Positions 30,001 to 39,897 of a stretch of 64,000 nucleotides of DNA are shown here, piece by piece (the stretch's first letter is position 1; each line of letters begins with the position of its first letter). The DNA comes from Antedon mediterranea (lineage: Eukaryota; Animalia; Echinodermata), in assembly GCF_964355755.1 (NCBI RefSeq), contig NC_092676.1:21408871-21472870 (forward strand), read 5' to 3'. A program made the translations under genes and the position numbers. The notes below the pieces were generated by a model, which saw only the letters and a list, made by a program, of their open reading frames with translations, was not told the DNA's origin and did not search any database.

Positions 30001-33000
30001 ATGCTGACAAATAACCTGTTAAAAAAGCAACAAAGTACACAGTTGTTTCTATAAATTTAGTCAATTTTTTTTTCAAATCAGATAAAACCCATTTTTAATT
30101 GACAAAAGCAAAATAAATAAAACAACAATGGATCAAAGTATAGAATATACATCATAGAAACAAGATCTATAATCCATCTGACAAAAAAAAAAATAGACAA
30201 CAACGTGACCTTAATTTGTTAAAAAATGTTGTACCTTTTTCATTTTTTTTTTGTGTGCCAAAAGTACCACACTTTTATTAAATTTCATCAATTTCATATG
30301 TCATTAAACATTAATGCTTCATTATTATTTTTTTAAATTATTTAACCTCCTTTTTTTCTTATTAATACACTTTGAACGATAAAAACAAATGTAGTACCTG
30401 ATTAGATGAATATCCATAAGGAACCCACACTTTTATTTCTGGTGAATCCTGGAGGTTTGTATGTGTTCCTTTCATACTTGTAGCAATATCAATGAACTTC
30501 TTAATCGCTTCACAAGGCTTCAGTGATGTATCAGCATTTGCACACACAAAACCTTCCCAAGCAGGAAGGTATGACAACAAACCTTCTTTATAGTCTGCTG
30601 CAATACGCTTGTCAAAGTTTGACATTGTACTATCACCAAAAAAGAATACGGTGACATGTTCTATTGCTCGTCCAAATAATGATTTTTGTCCACCAGATGC
30701 GTTATTCATGAGATCTTTTAGTTTTCGATGGTGAATCATGTTATCATATTGATGCCAAATTTCTATGAAAAGAAAGAAAACAAAATTATTTAATTATTAA
30801 TTAATTAATGTTAAAGCATAATTTGCAACATTTAAAATTGCGCAAATCCTTGCTCAATTTGTTAATTATACAATTTGAAATTTAATTTTTTTTTTTTAAA
30901 TTAGTGTTGTACATAAAAAAATAAATAGAGTATATTGTACCTCCTGTCTTAAGATTCATCGATTTAGTCATCAAAGCTCTGTTGACAATTTTTTTTCCGT
31001 TTTGATTGTAAAGAAATTCAAAACTAAATTCTTTTTTCCCATTCTTACTTTTTCTAACAAGGCAATACTTATAGGTAAGAAAGTCAAATTTGAGATAGCC
31101 TGGTTTAACTTCAAGTTCACCTGTCATAAACACATATTTGTGCATATTTCTGAAATGAAATAGAAAATAATAACAATGGTAACACATCATGGATCACATA
31201 CTAACTATAGATTGTTAAATACAACACAATCACAGCTCAAAAATCATTTCATTGTTATGGAGAGGGATGCAAAATTGAAAACACCCACACAAATTTAATT
31301 AACAATTAATGGCCACAACAGTAAAAATTATCACCTGATGTTTGTTTTTTACTGCATGCATGTATAATATGTCATTAGACCAGGAACTAGACATATGAAC
31401 TTCAGGTCATAGGATAGCATACACCTTATTTCTGTTATGTAGGCATTATCAGATTTTATACTTGTGGGTTCAAACTTTATATTATTGCTTAGCTTTTAAT
31501 GAAGTAATCTGCCTGAATGTCACAAATTTAGATTCAATAAACCTTTTTCAACATCATAATAATACGCATAACGGACGCACATTTACATCTTTAGCCTACC
31601 ATAGCAGATGCCTGTTAAAGAGTCAATATCCAATCGTCTTTGAACAATACCATAAAAACCTCTGTGGTCTAATGGTTAGAACATCTGCATATCAAGCAGA
31701 AGGTTCCGGGTTTGAATCTCGGTTGGGCGACTTTTTCTCATTGTGACAGATTTCCTAACCTTATCGTTTCTAATTAATTAATACATTTTCAGTATCTCAC
31801 CGGGCGGTTTAAAATTAATGGTCTTTGCCTGTTGTGTTTATATATAAATATATTTTGTACAAAAAGATATAAAGTAATTAAAGAGCTGCATTTTTTTGGC
31901 AACATTTACTCATTTTGCAGTTTTAATACAAATGTAAACAAACTAATGTAAATTAAAATTTAAAAAATGATAGGTCAACTAAGCACCCATAACAAGAGAC
32001 ATATCCAATCAAACTTTGGATAAAATATGTATAATCATGTATTTCCAAAAGCATTCAATTAAATAAGATATAACGCTGTACTACTTACTTGTTTGGAATC
32101 ATTTTAACTGCGTCATACTTAAAACTACCTAGTTCCGGAGATCCAAAACGAATGTATACTGCATCAGTAGTTTCGTTGAATTTGAATTCAGGTGTAAGAA
32201 TTGCATGAAAGTATATTTTTACCATCCCACCTTGTTTATCTCTCAAAGCGGATGGTACGTTTTCTTTGCTATAACAAATATTGGTAATACAACTTTAATA
32301 CAAGTCTTTTATAAAATCCACAGTACTTAATAACTAATTACAGTTAGAACACAGATGATAATTAAACAATAATGCTAGTATATGGCGAGTTTGTGACAAG
32401 TGAAGTTGAATAGATTATAAAATAACCCACTTTTTATAAATGTTTATGTAGTCAGTATTATGTACAAATATGTATTGTTGCACTGGCAGTAAGAGTAAGG
32501 GCTGCCATTGTAATTATCAAGAATGCAGGTCTGCCACATAAAAGACTGAAATTGAGTGAATTGATAAAAATAGCTATAACCGCAACAATTGACAGCCTAG
32601 TTGCAGCATCCTCAATCAATAGGAACTTTTCGATTTGAGTGAATGTGTACAGAGTTCACATTCACATGGGTAGTAGTCGACTGGTACTCACCCATTAAGT
32701 GGACATTTACATGTGCCAGTGAACGTATGACCTAATGACCTTGTAATCTCTAGTGCTTGTGGTGCTATTCCATCACTACGCCGTTGGTAGGACACAGGCT
32801 TATGCCAGGCTATGTATGTAATTTAACCTACGCCATAACATGTAGTATTACACTTTTATTTAAAATAACCAATAAAAATTGATAAATCACAGTTTGTAGG
32901 AGGAGAGCCTCACTGGGGTGACAACCTAGAAACTGTACTAAAAGTGAATAGCAGTCCCAATGAAGCAGATTTGTGTTACAAGGACTCTGCTGTACGCGTT

Positions 33001-35389
33001 TGTGTAAATAATTCACAACAGGATACCTCATTACAATTTTGACAGGTTAAAAAATCTAAGAGATTTGTACACGTCATGATCGCGAGATCACTCTCGTTTT
33101 GCAGTTTTATGACATACTCAGTTTGGCAGTTGACTTGCGCATGCGCAAATATCATAAAAATGTCAGTCAGACAGTCGACATAGTGGACGTGCAAAACGAA
33201 AAGTTCCTATATAAAATAAATGCGTTAACCTTTGATAGAGACATTTACCATATCTGAACCTGAAAATTGGACAGTAAATACTTACGGAACAGATTGAGTG
33301 GAAACTTTAGATTTGTCTTTTTTGTATTGGTGACCTCCTCTTCTTCCATCATTCCCATTCTGGAAACAAATTAGATGTCAAATTTCAGAAAAATATAAAA
33401 TGATACATTATATATACTATATATAGATATTCAACAAATCAAGCTCCCATTCTTCTTTCTCTCTAGACTAGTATCCACTATTTTTTTACGGTAAATTGTA
33501 AAAAAATGCTCTTAATAAATATATCTAAAGTTGGCAGCTTTAGCATACGAATGGTCTCCACTGTCTACAGTTGGTTTTCCCTGTCTGCTTTCTGGTCTTG
33601 ACTGAAAATCGTGTGTTTGTGAGTTCACTAAATGTAAAACATTAACATTCCAAAATTCTCTATGCAATATAATTTAAACATGGATTAAATATCAAAGAAT
33701 TATAAAATGTCCTTATTGGTAAAGAAGGAATTAAACAATTATGTTGGCTTAAATACAACCAGACAGTCTTAAACAAATTATTGACAATTAAAAGTGTTAG
33801 GGTCGTAAAGTGGTGACCACTTTGAAAATCATCAATTAGGGCCAATTAAAAGTTTCTTCATAACTCTTACTTGATCTACTGCTGAACCTTCCCAACTTTG
33901 CTTATCACCATTTTGATTAGAAAGAGGATCAACTGGTTGTGTTTGTGTTGTTTGTTGACTAGCATTTGAAGAGGCATTTGCAGATGACGAATGACCTTGT
34001 CTGGAACAGAGTTCATGCCCTACTTGTGAGACAGAACTAGGCCTGTCTTGACTACCAAAAACGCAAGACTGTGCATTTGGTGATTTGTCTTCTGTTTGTT
34101 TTATTGTTGTATTCTTTGGATCAGTAGTCTGCTCCGTCTTAGTTTTCTTATCCGATGCAGTGTTCTGCTCTGTTGCAGTATTCTTCTCTCCCAGGGTTGT
34201 CTTCTCAACCATAGTTTCTTGACCTGCTACAGTTTGATGCTCTGCTGCAGCTGCTGTCTGCTGCCCTTGAGATTTCTTTTTAGAATCAGTTGTCTGTTCT
34301 CCTTGAGTTGTCTGTTCTGCAACCACCACATGTGATAGAACAGGTTTTTGAACAGCTTTTTTATGAAAGTTATCTGTCGGTTGTTTAACAATAATATTTT
34401 CAATCTTGTTGACATGCATACCATATTCTATGCAGTGCATCATTCTATTGTCTGCAGATGTTGATGTATCTCCACTTCGAAGGCCTAAAAGTGTTTCACT
34501 TACTGAATCATCATCTTGATTCATATCTTTCTTCTCAATTCTTCCATCAGACAGATGGTTTGTAGGAAATTCTTGCCTCTCTGCATCGGATTTACCCACA
34601 TGTATTATTGTGCTGTGACGTTGTACTCTAGAATTGTCACCAGATGAAGGATACTCTTGTCCCAAAGAAGGTAGCAGTCTCTCTCCATGTATTTCCGACG
34701 CTAGCTCTTCCTTTATGGTAGCAACATCTACTGCAGGAGGTCTCTTAATTGTTGTTTCACTACTTGAAGCTTCTGCGTAAACACAAAAACAATTAGAATT
34801 ACAGAAACAATACTATTTAGGTAATAAAAAGCACATCATTTATGTTGTGGCACACATTGGCATCATGTACTGTATGATGATTAATTAGTACGAAACAGAT
34901 TAAGATTTTGCTAATATTAGTACTCAACTTTACTTGTAAGCCAATTATTAGATTAAAAAAAATCTATTCTATACCTTGAGATATCTGCTGAGTTCTTGAT
35001 CCACATAAAGAGCAGGATGTATGAAATGGTTCAATGGGATTTCGACAACTTAAGCATACACTTTTGTGTTTATTCCGATCTTCACCAGACTTCATTTCTT
35101 TTTCACAAAAGTTTTCATTTGGTTTCTCTGTTTTTGTGCTGTCAAGAGATGTACTACCATATGTGTTCTGAGAGAAGCTTCTTTCATTCTTCTTTGTATG
35201 ATCTCTATCATATTTGGATTTATCACATTGCTTACACAATGAAGTTTTTGAGTCTTTTAATTTATTTTTGCAGTTAGGAATTGCACAATGTGGTAACGTT
35301 TGGTAACAAGAGTCACAATATTTATATTTTCGATTTCTAGGTTTATTTTTGCAATTCACAGAAACACAACTGTTTTTTCTCCAAGCCAT
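1..35389 (-). CDS. RNF213: RNF213/mysterin-like giant AAA+ ATPase / E3 ubiquitin ligase, 5' portion (continues beyond left edge)
   Basis: Coding exons 5'->3', GT-AG, phases continuous, ~10.8 kb CDS: 34975-35389, 33871-34772, 33286-33359, 32089-32268, 30941-31149, 30398-30762, 29765-30015, 28656-28883, 27678-27888, 27105-27157, 25782-26061, 25471-25575, 25143-25271, 24597-24762, 24101-24445, 23028-23644, 21939-22098, 21154-21371, 20721-20852, 19456-19617, 18232-19085, 17993-18120, 17301-17378, 16723-16826, 16169-16307, 15751-15955, 13844-14075, 13408-13566, 12806-12920, 12379-12541, 11955-12129, 11648-11760, 11295-11486, 10497-10619, 10074-10203, 9488-9726, 9201-9283, 8582-8715, 7763-7843, 7202-7411, 6588-6751, 5844-6066, 5425-5595, 4918-5090, 4578-4691, 3436-3598, 3001-3113, 2695-2818, 2128-2321, 1702-1884, 800-908, 133-336, and probably <1-26. 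RNF213 signature motifs: FVDLAMIQAGE, NPSWSEL, GETGCGKT, FFDEANTT, GKPGSSKS, VLDEVGLAEDSP, ISNWALDPAKMNRG, LYESLYDALNQYY, VDLGLGTHRVKCRVH, PIPLINRLEKH. Confidence 0.96.
3998..4414 (+). mobile_element. Probable solo LTR in an RNF213 intron
   Basis: Termini TGTAAT...GTGACA (TG...CA), internal TATATAAA box near 4211, ~417 bp, no coding sequence. Flanked by a ~50-bp direct duplication (3951-4002 / 4415-4465). Confidence 0.6.
4918..6066 (-). CDS. RNF213: RNF213-like AAA4 exons (Walker A GKPGSSKS, Walker B VVLDE, ISNWALDPAKMNR)
   Basis: Exons 5844-6066, 5425-5595 and 4918-5090. Confidence 0.95.
7895..7975 (+). mobile_element. tRNA-derived SINE head (degenerate)
   Basis: A-box-like TGGCTCAGCGG followed by B-box-like GTTCAATC; no intact cloverleaf. 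Confidence 0.4.
8864..9007. mobile_element. Small MITE-like inverted-repeat element
   Basis: GGATCACCATCTATGCTGCCTTT ... AAAGACAGCATACATGGATATCC form an imperfect 23-bp terminal inverted repeat. Confidence 0.5.
9488..14075 (-). CDS. RNF213: RNF213-like AAA2/AAA3 exons (SNRPGVGKS; Walker A GETGCGKT; Walker B FFDEANT)
   Basis: Motifs read directly in exons 13844-14075, 10074-10203 and 9488-9726. Confidence 0.93.
11159..11230 (+). mobile_element. tRNA-like SINE head remnant
   Basis: AGCTTATTGGTTAA A-box-like and GGTTCAATCC B-box with tRNA-like spacing. Confidence 0.4.
12967..13240. mobile_element. Degenerate MITE with internal repeats
   Basis: GGCCCGTATTCATG ... CATGAATAATGGGC ends; internal repeated TAG(T/TT)CAGGACTAA units. 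Confidence 0.45.
14161..15599 (+). mobile_element. Non-autonomous Helitron
   Basis: Inserted between A(14160) and T(15600). Starts TC and ends CTAG, with the terminal palindrome CTAGATGGTACGC-GAGCGAAGCGA-GCGTACCATCTAG. No TSD and no Rep/helicase ORF. Confidence 0.8.
18232..19085 (-). CDS. RNF213: RNF213-like large exon (R..Y.LN.YT.KQL motif plus acidic insertion)
   Basis: REDLYHLNFYTTKQLVILQ is an RNF213 motif; AG/GT boundaries are in phase. Confidence 0.9.
19720..19984. mobile_element. MITE (PIF/Harbinger-like, TWA context)
   Basis: Perfect TIR AAAGCCTGGTTTCCATAAAATCGCTACAC / GTGTAGCGATTTTATGGAAACCAGGCTTT; CpG-rich interior with a short tandem duplication. Confidence 0.85.
22343..23013 (+). 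mobile_element. DINE/Helentron-like non-autonomous element with an internal 96-bp tandem duplication
   Basis: Starts AAAAACAAG. Repeated CAAGTTAG(C/T)GTTTACCGACCGAC blocks lie at both ends with (GACC)n and AGTCGCG. The 96-bp unit is duplicated at 22622 and 22718. Confidence 0.5.
26275..26490 (+). mobile_element. 5'-truncated LINE (CR1/L2-group) 3' fragment
   Basis: LNSISERRRDLCISFAK...PPR...HKYYSRN resembles the C-terminus of non-LTR ORF2 (L.sL..RR..lc..F). Confidence 0.55.
27528..27653. mobile_element. Short MITE
   Basis: GCTCTGTCTACACTATCAAACT ... AGTTTTATAGAGTAGATGAAGC imperfect TIRs around GATGTGCCCATATATGG / ATATTTGGGCA. Confidence 0.55.
29130..29520 (+). mobile_element. Degraded LINE (L2/Rex-like) ORF2 C-terminal fragment
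   Basis: KKLNTRLYCLRKLGSFGV and, downstream, LEDTNHPLH are typical post-RT motifs; frameshifted; higher GC than the flanking intron. Confidence 0.7.
30398..32268 (-). CDS. RNF213: RNF213-like exons encoding the CBM20-like N-terminal domain (32089-32268, 30941-31149, 30398-30762)
   Basis: VKIYFHAIL...YKYC...FEFLY...IVNRAL...WHQYD matches the remembered RNF213 pattern VFFHAII...YKY...YEFIY...VNRCL...WHQYYD. Confidence 0.85.
31658..31840 (+). mobile_element. tRNA-derived SINE (tRNA-like head plus unrelated body)
   Basis: A box TGGTCTAATGG; stem-loop TCTGC-ATATCAA-GCAGA; T-arm CCGGG-TTTGAAT-CTCGG; the acceptor stem does not pair. Confidence 0.55.
32619..33210. mobile_element. Non-autonomous DNA transposon / MITE
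   Basis: 14-bp TIR ATAGGAACTTTTCG / CGAAAAGTTCCTAT. Confidence 0.55.
33871..34772 (-). CDS. RNF213: RNF213-like exon 2, low-complexity/disordered N-terminal region with (E/Q)QT[T/A] repeats
   Basis: Open frame of 902 nt bounded by cag/GTAAG; S/T/Q/K-rich. Confidence 0.8.
34975..35389 (-). CDS. RNF213: RNF213-like first coding exon: Cys-rich N-terminus (two Cx4Cx11Cx2C motifs plus a Cx2C...Cx2C zinc ribbon)
   Basis: ATG at 35389 with an acceptor AG just upstream (35402-35403). The donor after 34975 is phase 1 and joins in frame to the 33871-34772 exon. Confidence 0.8.
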
Positions 35390-36014
35390 AGTGTTGACAA
35401 TCTTTAAGAAACAGAAACATATTTTCAGCTTTAGTTTTAATCAATGCAAACTTTAAGAAATTGGGACACTATATTTGATATTACATTTACTACCGTTACC
35501 GACTGTTATAGATAGATTGACCAGCTTAAATAGGTAGTATGAATGACATAATTTACATTACATCTGTATAATGGCTCCCCGACGTTTCCAATTGATTCCT
35601 AAACTTATTTTGATAACCAGGAGTGTCGTCAGCTTTTTTTTAAAGGGTTGGCGACATCCCTTATTTAGGACCTCAGGAAACTTTTGAGAATAATGGACCT
35701 GCCTGGAAATTACACTTATTAATATTACCAGGACTGTATGTTCTATTCAAAGTGTTCAGAAGCTAAATTATGATAGAATTACTTTGCATTGATGATTTTG
35801 TTGTTAATCCTAATAGCTACAAACGTTAACCATGCTTCAAAGGTCTTATTAAACTTACATTTGAGTGACCTGTCTGATCCTACATCAATTAGTTATTGGT
35901 TGTGTTGCAGTCTGCAATCTCCATGACTATCACTGAAAACAGATTGCAGGACATTCTTGTGGATGAAATGGTGGAGAATCCAGATCTGAGTATGCCAATG
36001 CAAAGACCAAAATT

Positions 36015-36279
36015 ATTTCACCTCTTACAATTTCACATCTTACGATTTCACCTCTTACGATTTCACCTCTTACGATTTCACCTCTTATGATTTCACCTCT
36101 TATGATTTCACCTCTTATGATTTCACATCTTACGATTTCACCTCTTACGATTTCACCTCTTACGATTTCACCTCTTACGATTTCACCTCTTACAATTTCA
36201 CATCTTATGATTTCACCTCTTACGATTTCACCTCTTATGATTTCACCTCTTAAAATTTCACCTCTTATGATTTCACCTC
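36015..36279. repeat. 15-bp minisatellite (ATTTCACCTCTTAYG) x~17.5
   Basis: Read directly; it produces the spurious ISPLT/FHLLR repeat ORFs. Confidence 0.95.
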
Positions 36280-37639
36280 ATTACAGTAGCCTATATCTAC
36301 AAGATTTTTTAGTTGCAGGACTACTCCTTTTAGAGATAATTAATATTACAGGCATTAGAAGAAATTCTAAACCACACCTGGTGATATATAACTGAATATT
36401 AATTGATTAATTTTTAAACAATAAAGGAAGAAGTAATCTGTGAGAGTCATGTCACTCTACAGCTACGGATGCTGATAGCAGAAACATAGCAAAAAAGTAA
36501 GTCTATACATGGTTTATCCAAAGAAAAAAATACAAAAACATTTTTTTATTTTTTTTTTTATTATTTAGATGCATCCTCACTTAACTTAAAGACACTTTAC
36601 TAGTGTCTAGACCTGCAATTTTTTACATTTTGTAAAAATAATGCATATGTAACTTTTAAAAAATGTCTCTAAATTCTAATGCAAATTATGATAAAAAGAG
36701 AAAAACAATGCACATAACCTAAGTAGCTCACGTCGAAAGTCCTCTAGTAGACGTTTCTAGGCCTAGGCTAGTTGGGTTTAATAGTTTTGTAGGCCTAACT
36801 AGTAAAGAGCGGTAATGTACAAACATCGTACGCTAGCTAAAGACCTAGCCTGACGTTGTCCCGTTGCTGAATTAATTGTCTTTCTTTTTTTGACAGAATC
36901 CGTTAAAAAATTTGGCTGAAAAGATATGGTTCCTTTAATTGTTTACCCTTTCACAAGATCAATCGAAGTGTGTGCATCACATCACATTATGGAAATATCA
37001 ATCTGCGAGTGATGCATGTTAGGATTTATAGCGGGACGCTAACATTATTAGAATCTTAATTTTCACATTTTGAACTTTTTACATAAAATGTAGTGTGTGA
37101 CCTTAAATAATAGGTCGAAAAACGTAGGTCTATTGTCTTTAATCAACCAACAAAGCTTTATGCTAAAATTAAATGATAAATTATCTTTATATATCAAGGT
37201 ATCTTGTTCAAAATCATACACAACTGTAACTGATTGCTTGCAGTTGCACTATAGCAATCATCACAAATTTATAAGGTTTTGACTTTACAGTTACTGTTAA
37301 TAACAGGCAAATTCAGGGTAAGATTCGAAGGGGATTACAAAAAAAATAATTAATTTCACAATTTTCAGGTCCTGGTCTAGATCCCGAATCAGCCACTGAA
37401 GTCAAATTAATTTTGCCAACCTAATTTATGATATGACGTGTGTCAGTTTTTATACAAAATTGTCAGACGCAAATCCATGAGACCTATTCATTATCCTGGA
37501 TTTGCTTGGTCCACCACTGACTGTTTGTCAATGTTAGCGTTCCATATATTGCAGGGCATCATAGACATGATTGATAAACATTTTGTACTTTTTGGCGTAC
37601 GGTACTATGATTTTGGGCATTCCTTGGTGGCTTAAATAA

Positions 37640-37840
37640 AAGGCAGCCAATAACTAATCGATTATGTACGAAACTAGTCCTACAATTCAATAAAGATTGG
37701 CTACACCTACTGTACTAAGAACCCAATCAATCATAACAGTCGCTCTGAGCTAGTGGTTCTGAGCACAGCAGCCACACACACACCGCGGTAGATAGCTCTC
37801 CTTAATTGTATAGTGGTATAACCTCCTCACAACAGGTGAG
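37640..37840. promoter_or_regulatory. Candidate promoter between RNF213 and the UBL-ART pseudogene
   Basis: CCAAT/ATTGG boxes at ~37647, 37696 and 37723; a CAG|GTGAG donor at ~37835 and an acceptor at ~38250 suggest a non-coding first exon on the + strand. Confidence 0.35.
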
Positions 37841-38033
37841 GCTTAGCTAAAGAAGTAATATTTGTAATAAAACGACTGATTAATAAAAAATTGTACTGTG
37901 CAGTCTAAAAGGTTAAATAATTACCCACAATATCTGATCAAAGGTTTCCTTCAAACTGCTATTGTGTTACTGTGAAAACAATTATGTTCGCCACTTCCCT
38001 ATTCTGTTGGTTTTTCCATTTTCCCAAAAATCT

Positions 38034-38043
38034 GGAAATTCCC
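38034..38043 (-). promoter_or_regulatory. Consensus NF-kappaB site (GGGAATTTCC on minus strand)
   Basis: GGAAATTCCC at 38034-38043 is an exact GGGRNWYYCC match; function untested. Confidence 0.35.
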
Positions 38044-38374
38044 TTTATGCGTCATTTGAGTTTCGAAAATAGTAAAATCCGCATTGATCAAACGATTCTG
38101 AGCTGTGTTTTTAGATTTGTAAATATTATCAATTTAAATGTAAAAATAGTCTAGATAAAAATCGCATTAATATTAAGGCTATGTTGTATTGAATTTATTT
38201 TGAATATAGTTCAATATTGCGTAGTCTACTACGTTTTATTTTAATCAACAGTTGATGTACCTATTATCAATAATGAATTAACCCAAATCCGAGTACAGTT
38301 GGTCAGATTCAGTGCATTTCGACGATCCAGCATTCTCTACTTCTACGGAGCGCCATTTATGCCTTTATTTACTT

Positions 38375-39123
38375 CAGTGGACCAAATTTAGCACCAGTGG
38401 AGCACAGTGATATAAAATAGAAATAAGTCACTGAATTTTAATATCTTTTCGTGTGTTAATACACTGTGCTCAAGTGGATCCAATATGGAGCCAGGGGAGC
38501 ACAGTGATATAACATAGAAATTAAGTCACTGAATTGTAATATCATTTCGTATGTTAATAGGCCTACACTGTGCTCAAGTGGACCCAATTTGGAGCCAGTG
38601 GAGCACAATGATATAAAATTGAAAAAAGTCACTGAATTTTAATATCTTTTCGTATGTTAATACACTGTGCTCAAGTGTACCCAATTTGGAGCCAGTGGAG
38701 CACAGTGATATAAAATAGAATTAAGTCACTGAATTTTAATATCTTTTCGTATTTTAATACACTGTGCTCAAGTGAACCCAATTTGGCACCAGGAGAGCAC
38801 AGTGATATAAAATAGAAATAAGTCAGTGAATGTTAATATATTTTCGTATGTTAATACACTGTGCTCAACTGAACCTAATTTGGCGCCAGGCGAGCACAGT
38901 GATATAAAATAGAAATAAGTCACTGAATTTTAATATCTTTTCGTATGTTAATACACTGTGCTCAAGTGGACCCAATTTGGAGCCAGTGGAGCACAGTGAT
39001 ATAAATAGAAATAAGTCATTGAATTTTAATATCTTTTCGTATGTTAATACACTGTGCTCACGTTGACCCAATTTGGCGCGCGCGCCAGTGAGCACAGTGA
39101 TATAAAATAGAAAAAAGTCACTA
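38375..39123. repeat. ~97-bp tandem satellite, ~7.5 copies, each with an inverted GAGCACAGTG...CACTGTGCTC pair
   Basis: The unit marker AGCACA(G/A)TG recurs at 38401, 38498, 38602, 38699, 38796, 38893, 38990 and 39091. Confidence 0.95.
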
Positions 39124-39133
39124 AATTATATAT

Positions 39134-39897
39134 ACTGGTGAAGAAAGGATCGTTGTGGCATTTCAGGCAATGGTTAGTCCCAGTGAAAGACGTGATATTG
39201 AAATTAAACCTGGATAGCAATGGACGGAGATAAAAGAATCAGTACGCAACCAATTTAATATGCATAATGTATATGTGTAATTCATGTCAGGTGAAAGGGA
39301 GTTACAACACTTCTCTGAATTTGAAAATCCTAACGGTGCCATTGTAGATGTCATCCAACAACAACCAAAACACAAATACAAATTAGACTCTAAGAAACAC
39401 AATTATAATTTCACTCGGAAGATGACCGTACCGTTTACACGAGAGGAAATTATCAATAAAACCGACCCTGTGGATGGTTCAGATATGCTGTTGCTGTTAA
39501 AAACGTCGACGGTGATGATAACACTTGGCTTGGATCACGCGGAAAATGTCGTATACAAACTAGTGATGGGGAATGGCCGGTATCGTACCACGGAACCAAA
39601 ATGAAGAACAAAGGCGGTTTGAAATATAGATGAGTCGGAGATTATTGATGGAGTCACACAGCAGTCCATCGCTGGACATCATTGATGAATTATACGCCGA
39701 GGAATTTGTGCATAACAGAACAAAATACAAGATAGCTTTTCAGAACAGAATCAATCCAGACATCGATGGTGATCACATGAAAATTATTTCCGAAGAACAT
39801 ACACGTGATGGGGCTGAATGCTGGGTCTCGCCACTGGAAGACCAGGTGAACAAAATACATGATGTCAGACCATATGGTATCATAAAAAAATTAAGAC
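39134..39897 (+). pseudogene. Pseudogenised paralog of the UBL + ADP-ribosyltransferase-fold gene at 48189
   Basis: Colinear with the 48189 protein: RPCGWFRYAVAVKNV..NTWLG..GEWPVSYHGTKM..SSPSL..YKIAFQNRINPDI..WVSP..DVRPYGII. In-frame stops at 39215 (TAG), 39278 (TAA) and 39457 (TAA); frameshifts near 39420 and 39630-39660. Confidence 0.9.

Noticed and set aside
31658-31730. Functional tRNA gene (ATC anticodon)
   Set aside because: The acceptor stem does not pair, the T-loop is mutated and the anticodon loop is atypical; treated as a SINE head.
33520-33648. Possible extra RNF213 exon (SRPESRQGKPTVDSGDHS...)
   Set aside because: No acceptor/donor pair keeps the phase, and exons 33871 and 33359 already join in frame. 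It could be a dead or alternative exon but is unsupported.
34390-34620. RHIM-like motifs (IIHVG, IEYG..N) in the RNF213 N-terminus
   Set aside because: Neither matches the (I/V)Q(I/V)G core well enough to call.
36087-36395. ISPLT-repeat ORF (and 35896-36090)
   Set aside because: Artefact of the 15-bp minisatellite.
38375-39123. CRISPR-like array of palindromic repeats
   Set aside because: The intervening sequences are near-identical rather than unique spacers, the context is eukaryotic, and there are no cas genes. It is a satellite.
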